DNA of 40,411 nucleotides, taken from IMG/VR virus record IMGVR_UViG_3300005805_000181, positions 1 to 40,411 of that record. One strand, written 5' to 3'. The position numbers and the translations under genes are program-made. The notes under the pieces are model-generated. The model saw nothing but the letters and a program-made list of their open reading frames with translations. It searched no databases and was not told the origin of the DNA. The DNA is from a virus (taxonomy: Duplodnaviria; Caudoviricetes). Of the stretch, positions 35,661 through 40,411 are shown piece by piece. The number at the start of each line of letters is the position of its first letter. Position 1 is the stretch's first letter.

Positions 35661-36265
35661 TATTTAAGTTTTATATACGTTGAGAGTCCATATTGCACAT
35701 GTCCAGCTGCATTATATCCTATGGAAGCACCAAAGATTTTGTCCGTCTTATCCTTGTACAATAGCCCAAGGTTCACACTGTTTACCATCTGTTGCTTTCC
35801 CCCTGTCACCATAGTTCCTGCATATAGGTTCCTGGTGGGAGGGGCCTGCTCTATAATACGTATCACCCTCTCAGGAATGATGTAGTCTAGCATTATGTTG
35901 TTTCCAACCAGCTTATTTGCACTTACAGTGTCATACACTGTCACCAACCCATTGGGTTTCATAGGGAACTTAGTTTCGTATATGTTCTTTGAAAAATGAG
36001 CCTTTGAGAGCTTCTCATATTGGTCAAGGAGCACGTCATAGTCTGGGTGGGGTAGGTATTCAATCTTTGTAAAGTAGATGGTGTCCATGTCAATCACCCT
36101 GATCAACTTAGGTTTTCCAGGGATGGTGTCATGAACCTCTATGTTCTTAACCACTGTATCTATCTTTACAGGGACGTTTTCCAGTTTGTTTATCCTACTC
36201 TGCTGGTAAAACACTACTGCCATCAATCCAATAATGGCTACAAGGAGAATGTTTGTTAGTTTCAT
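35660..36265 (-). CDS. putative spanin-like lysis protein
   Basis: N-terminal TM, DT-rich linker, C-terminal amphipathic beta strands; located in the lysis cassette. Confidence 0.5.
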   Translation of the reverse strand: MKLTNILLVAIIGLMAVVFYQQSRINKLENVPVKIDTVVKNIEVHDTIPGKPKLIRVIDMDTIYFTKIEYLPHPDYDVLLDQYEKLSKAHFSKNIYETKFPMKPNGLVTVYDTVSANKLVGNNIMLDYIIPERVIRIIEQAPPTRNLYAGTMVTGGKQQMVNSVNLGLLYKDKTDKIFGASIGYNAAGHVQYGLSTYIKLK

Positions 36266-36465
36266 TGTATTGGTTTTTCGTCAGAAAAAAAGTTTGATAC
36301 CACCTTGGCAAAGAAGCCAATCATTATAATAACTGTCCCTATTTTAGGGTGATTGTCTAGGTTAATTGCACTACCAAATGTGGTGGCTGTGATAAAAACC
36401 GAATCCGCTAATTGCCTCACCAATAGGGGTGTAGGTTTCCAATATTCAGTCCATCCAAATTTCAT
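36262..36465 (-). CDS. putative holin (2 TM)
   Basis: YWKPTP...two hydrophobic segments...SNFFS. Confidence 0.55.
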   Translation of the reverse strand: MKFGWTEYWKPTPLLVRQLADSVFITATTFGSAINLDNHPKIGTVIIMIGFFAKVVSNFFSDEKPIQ

Positions 36466-36466
36466 A

Positions 36467-36778
36467 TCATTTAACGTTTGAGTACACCTTTGTTAGGTAT
36501 TCTATGAACAATCCAAGCGCCACAAGGATGCCTATTGTCCAAACAATTTTCTTCTTGAACTCATCATACTTCACCTGTTTCTTTTCAAGTTCTTCAACCT
36601 TAGACTTAATCACGTCTATGTCATGCATAAAACCCCCAGCTTTAGTGAGTCTGTTGCCAAGAATGGCATCTATTACCTGAGTCAATTTAGTATCAATAGC
36701 ATCGATTTTCTCTTCGAGCTCCGTTAATCTTTGATCCATTGCTGCTAATTCGTCTTTAATAATTTGATTGTCTTCCAT
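36467..36778 (-). CDS. coiled-coil protein with C-terminal TM (holin/XhlA-like accessory)
   Basis: Heptad-rich N-terminus, IVWTIGILVALGLFI. Confidence 0.55.
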   Translation of the reverse strand: MEDNQIIKDELAAMDQRLTELEEKIDAIDTKLTQVIDAILGNRLTKAGGFMHDIDVIKSKVEELEKKQVKYDEFKKKIVWTIGILVALGLFIEYLTKVYSNVK

Positions 36779-36901
36779 GTATGAGGCTTGTATAATGTAT
36801 TTGGTGAGTTGTAAATGTACAGAGAAATGTACACTGATTATCTAGAAGCCCGAACGATCGGGCATAATATAGCATTAAGTGGAAGCAACACCTCCACCGA
36901 G

Positions 36902-36950
36902 CAAATATAAATAAATTATTTGAATCTACCAAATTTTTTTTGTACATTTG
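36902..36950. promoter_or_regulatory. overlapping divergent promoters
   Basis: Minus: TTGG-N19-TATATTTG (36902-36909). Plus: TTTGAA...TACATTTG (36943-36950). Confidence 0.7.
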
Positions 36951-36957
36951 CAGCTGT

Positions 36958-39900
36958 ATGCCAAACAGTTATACGTATTTCAAAAGCGACATAAAAGAGT
37001 GGTTTAAGAACAACGTCCCTATAGGTGACAGGATATTGGATGTGGGTCCTGGACAGGGTACATATTCCATCCTTTTGAGAGACTTGGGGTACCAGATGGA
37101 CGCTGTGGAAGTGTGGCATCCCTATGTTGAACAGTTCAATCTAAGGGCTAAGTATGACAATGTGTACACAGTGGACATACGTAATTTTGACCTACAGGGG
37201 TATGACTTCATCATCCTAGGGGATGTTCTGGAGCACCTCCCTGTAAAAGATGCTGAGGAGCTCCTTACAATAATAGATGTGTTTGGTATAGGATGTATGG
37301 TGGCAGTTCCATATATGATGCCTCAGGATGGGGCAGAATATGGGAATGATTATGAAACCCACCACCAGGCAGACCTTACACCAGATGTAATGCTTAAGCG
37401 CTACCCAAGCTTAAAACCCCTATATACAAACCAGTGGTATGGGTATTACATCAATAGCAAGTTTGTTTACGACAGGGCTTATGTGCTGTATGCCACAGAG
37501 AGCTATAAGGACACTGTGCAGGCCTGTGTTGATAGCATCAGGACAGTGAGCAATATTCCTGTTTACGTATACATGTTAAATTCACACGTACAAATCAATG
37601 GAGCTCATACGTTTAACTGGATGTGTGATGTTGTAGATGTTCCCCAGAGTAGATATATTAACAGAGGTGACAAGGATGTATATAACATTCTCATACAGCG
37701 CCCTCTCATTGTAAGAAACGCATTAAATAATGTTAAAACTGTAGCTTATATAGACAGCGATACAGTGGTGACAAAACACCTAGACACCATATTTGACTAC
37801 TTCCCAGAGAAGTCTACACACCCCTATTTTGTAGAGGGTATTTACGAATGGATGATTATCAATGGTAGAGGAGGTGTTGAGTCTATAAATGACATGTCTG
37901 CATCCCTAGAACATCCAGCCTGTGAGCTGTTTGGTGTAGACCAATCTGTAAGGAATAAATACAGACAGACAGGTTATTTTGTAGCTGGTCAGTGGTGCAA
38001 AGACTTCCTGGATGAGTGGTGGTGGATGTGCAACCACCCCAAACTCTTGAGAAACCATGAATACTACGCCCCCTATCATGAGGAAACTGTAGCTAATGTG
38101 CTCCTCTGGAAGTACAAAGCTCTAGATGGTCTACCCTACCTATACATAAACGGTTCGCTGGACATGGTGAACAATGTAAAGTTTTATGGATATAAGAAAC
38201 ACACCTCTCACTTTGTAGCCAGTCCTGCTAAGGAGGAACATCTATTATTCTACCACGGAGAGAAAGATGCTATCACTATGTACAGGATGATTGAGCGCCA
38301 GAAGAATAAACTTAGGGTGCTGTTCCTAGCCCCCCATCTATCTACAGGGGGAATGCCTGCTTTCTTGTTAAAAAGAATAGAAGCAATAAAGGACCATGTG
38401 GAAATTTATGTAGTGGAGCATGCCAATCACAGCCCTCATTATATTGTACAGAAGGAGCAGATTAAGCAGCTGGTTAAGCATTTCTGGACACTAGAAGAAA
38501 ACAAACTGGAGCTAATAGACATCATCAAGAATAACAATATAAACATTGTGCATATAGACGATGTGTCTGAATCATTTAGCAACGAGCTAATGATGGAGCT
38601 GTATAAGAATGATAGGACATGGAGGATAGTGGAAACCTGTCATAACATATCCTTCAATCCTGATAAGGAGAAGAGATATCATCCAGACATGTACGCATTC
38701 TGTACACCATACCACCTACGTACATATGAAGCTATGCCTTCTGAGAAGACTGTCATAGAGTTTCCTATAGACCCCAACCCCATACCAGTTCCTAATAATG
38801 AAAGGAAGATAGTGTTGAACGTAGGACTGTGGGCCCCCTGGAAGAACCAAGCTGAGGCTCTGGAGATAGCAAGAAAATATCCTCACATGGACTTCTGGTT
38901 TGTAGGCAATCAAGCCCCTAATTTCAAACACTATTGGGAACCTCTTATGCAGGATGTTCCTCCTAATGTAACCATTTGGGGAGAGAGAAGTGATGTAAGT
39001 GAGTTTATGAAAAAGGCAGACATATTCATGTTCAACAGTACATGGGAATGTAACCCCTTAGTCCTTAGAGAAGCAATATCATATGGCCTACCTATTGTAG
39101 CTAGAAACCTACCCCAATATGAGAACATGTTTGCTAGATATCTACAGCCTATAGATACCAATCTCAACTTGTTAGAGTTTAATAGCTACACTATTCCTAC
39201 AGATAACACTATTGAAACCTTTGGAAACAAGCACATTGAGTTGTATAATAAGGTGAGGAGTATGGATGTTGTAAAACAGAATCCAGATAAAATCACTATA
39301 TTCAAATACTTTGTACTCAATCCATTTTTAGAAATAAGAGGAGCTAGTGACAGTGATTTTAAGGTGGAGTTTTATGATGAGAGTGATGTATGCATATACA
39401 GCAACACTATAAAGGTGAACAGCTGGGTGAAACTGAATAGAAGCTATTTCACTAAGTGGCATGTAAAGGTGTGGGAGAACGATGTACTTATACACGATGA
39501 GTGGTTAAACTACAAGAACAAACGTGTGTATATTGCTTTTGAAAGCAAGTCATTAGGAGATACAATAGCTTGGATGCCATATGTAGAAGAGTTCAAGAAT
39601 AAACACAATTGTCATGTTATAGTGAGCACCCACAAAAACTGGTTGTTTAAAGATGTCTATCCAGAAATAGAGTTTGTAGAACCAGGAGCTGTGGTTAACA
39701 ACATCATGGGTATGTATAAGATAGGTTGGTTCTATAACAGCGATATGGAACCAGCTTTGCCAAACACCATTCCTCTACAGCAAACTGCTACAAACATATT
39801 AGGTCTTGAATACAAGGAGATTAAACCAAGAATAGCATTCACTCCTGGAGACAATCTGTATGGTAAGTATGTTACAATAGCCACCAATTCTACAGCAGGC

Positions 39901-40350
39901 TGTAAGTTTTGGACTAAGGAGGGGTGGCAAACTGTTGTAGATTATTTGACAGATAAAGGATATAGGGTGATAAATGTGTCAAAGGAAAGAAACCCATTCA
40001 AGGGCGTTATGCAAATCCCTGAGAATCTACCTATGTCTGAAGTGATGAGTGTAATACATCACAGTGAGTTCTTTATAGGACTTAGCTCAGGACTTAGCTG
40101 GTTAGCCTGGGCTTTAGATAAACAGGTGGTGATGATTAGTAACTTCACAGAGGACAATCATGAGTTTGATTGCATACGTGTTACAAAGAAAAATGTATGT
40201 CATGGGTGTTGGAACAGTCCAGAACATACATTCGATAAAGGAGATTGGGATTGGTGTCCTCTACATAAAGGAACACCCAGACAGTTTGAATGTCATAGGA
40301 GTATTACAGCACAGGATGTTATTTCTTGTCTTCCTCTAAGCCATAGCTAA
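36958..40350 (+). CDS. four-domain fusion: SAM methyltransferase, GT-A, GT4-like GT-B, Aah/TibC-like O-heptosyltransferase
   Basis: ILDVGPGQG and GDVLEH; YIDSD and HEET; HLSTGGMP and STWECNPLVLREA; SKSLGDTIAW, FIGLSSGLSWLAW, CHGCW..WCP.H..QFEC; ATG at 36958 follows the promoter. Confidence 0.85.
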   Translation: MPNSYTYFKSDIKEWFKNNVPIGDRILDVGPGQGTYSILLRDLGYQMDAVEVWHPYVEQFNLRAKYDNVYTVDIRNFDLQGYDFIILGDVLEHLPVKDAEELLTIIDVFGIGCMVAVPYMMPQDGAEYGNDYETHHQADLTPDVMLKRYPSLKPLYTNQWYGYYINSKFVYDRAYVLYATESYKDTVQACVDSIRTVSNIPVYVYMLNSHVQINGAHTFNWMCDVVDVPQSRYINRGDKDVYNILIQRPLIVRNALNNVKTVAYIDSDTVVTKHLDTIFDYFPEKSTHPYFVEGIYEWMIINGRGGVESINDMSASLEHPACELFGVDQSVRNKYRQTGYFVAGQWCKDFLDEWWWMCNHPKLLRNHEYYAPYHEETVANVLLWKYKALDGLPYLYINGSLDMVNNVKFYGYKKHTSHFVASPAKEEHLLFYHGEKDAITMYRMIERQKNKLRVLFLAPHLSTGGMPAFLLKRIEAIKDHVEIYVVEHANHSPHYIVQKEQIKQLVKHFWTLEENKLELIDIIKNNNINIVHIDDVSESFSNELMMELYKNDRTWRIVETCHNISFNPDKEKRYHPDMYAFCTPYHLRTYEAMPSEKTVIEFPIDPNPIPVPNNERKIVLNVGLWAPWKNQAEALEIARKYPHMDFWFVGNQAPNFKHYWEPLMQDVPPNVTIWGERSDVSEFMKKADIFMFNSTWECNPLVLREAISYGLPIVARNLPQYENMFARYLQPIDTNLNLLEFNSYTIPTDNTIETFGNKHIELYNKVRSMDVVKQNPDKITIFKYFVLNPFLEIRGASDSDFKVEFYDESDVCIYSNTIKVNSWVKLNRSYFTKWHVKVWENDVLIHDEWLNYKNKRVYIAFESKSLGDTIAWMPYVEEFKNKHNCHVIVSTHKNWLFKDVYPEIEFVEPGAVVNNIMGMYKIGWFYNSDMEPALPNTIPLQQTATNILGLEYKEIKPRIAFTPGDNLYGKYVTIATNSTAGCKFWTKEGWQTVVDYLTDKGYRVINVSKERNPFKGVMQIPENLPMSEVMSVIHHSEFFIGLSSGLSWLAWALDKQVVMISNFTEDNHEFDCIRVTKKNVCHGCWNSPEHTFDKGDWDWCPLHKGTPRQFECHRSITAQDVISCLPLSHS

Positions 40351-40411
40351 TCCATCTATACCACACACGTTCGTGTAGGTAGTATTGTACAGGCTTGTAT
40401 AAAAGCTCTGC
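40319..40411 (-). CDS. 3' end of a DUF2061-like membrane protein (partial, enters from the window edge)
   Basis: ...AELLYKPVQYYLHERVWYRWISYGLEEDKK*; YY.HER.W signature. Confidence 0.6.
   Translation of the reverse strand, partial: AELLYKPVQYYLHERVWYRWISYGLEEDKK

Noticed and set aside
36756-37119. Minus-strand track ORFs 36756..36947 and 36916..37119, and the TTG start at 36940
   Set aside because: They run across the divergent promoter pair; ATG 36958 fits the promoter position better
1-40411. Stop-codon reassignment as in some crAss-like phages
   Set aside because: Genes are intact and densely packed under the standard code; TAA, TAG and TGA all terminate genes
1-40411. tRNA, rRNA, integrase or transposase genes
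   Set aside because: None recognised by eye; intergenic gaps are short, though a tRNAscan or Infernal run would be needed to exclude small RNAs

Overview
The window is about 40 kb of a large tailed dsDNA phage genome. The host is inferred to be Bacteroidota from repeated TTG-N~19-TAnnTTTG promoters and A-rich start contexts without Shine-Dalgarno sites. Bases 1-29.1 kb are an almost entirely + strand early/middle region. It carries small hypothetical genes, a family B DNA polymerase, a spore-photoproduct-lyase-like radical SAM enzyme, DnaB and SF2 helicases, an AAA ATPase, a probable SSB, primase, an atypical UDG, rIIA/rIIB, HNH and EndoVII nucleases, a PD-(D/E)XK exonuclease, class II RNR, RecA, dUTPase and a GT2/methyltransferase/GT trio. 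Bases 29.2-36.8 kb are a - strand late region with a lysis cassette, an array of small Lys-rich proteins and a ferritin-like protein. The most interesting part of it is a glycosyltransferase resembling plant HPAT/SERGT-type protein O-glycosyltransferases, flanked on both sides by two paralogous pairs of small proteins with poly-Thr or Gly-Thr-Ser tracts. Bases 37-40.4 kb encode a 1130-aa four-domain fusion (methyltransferase, GT-A, GT-B, Aah/TibC-like protein O-heptosyltransferase). Together these suggest a phage-encoded mucin-like virion O-glycosylation system; this is inference, not demonstrated. Several plausible small genes missed by the ORF track were read directly from the DNA. All family calls come from motif recognition by eye; no searches were run.
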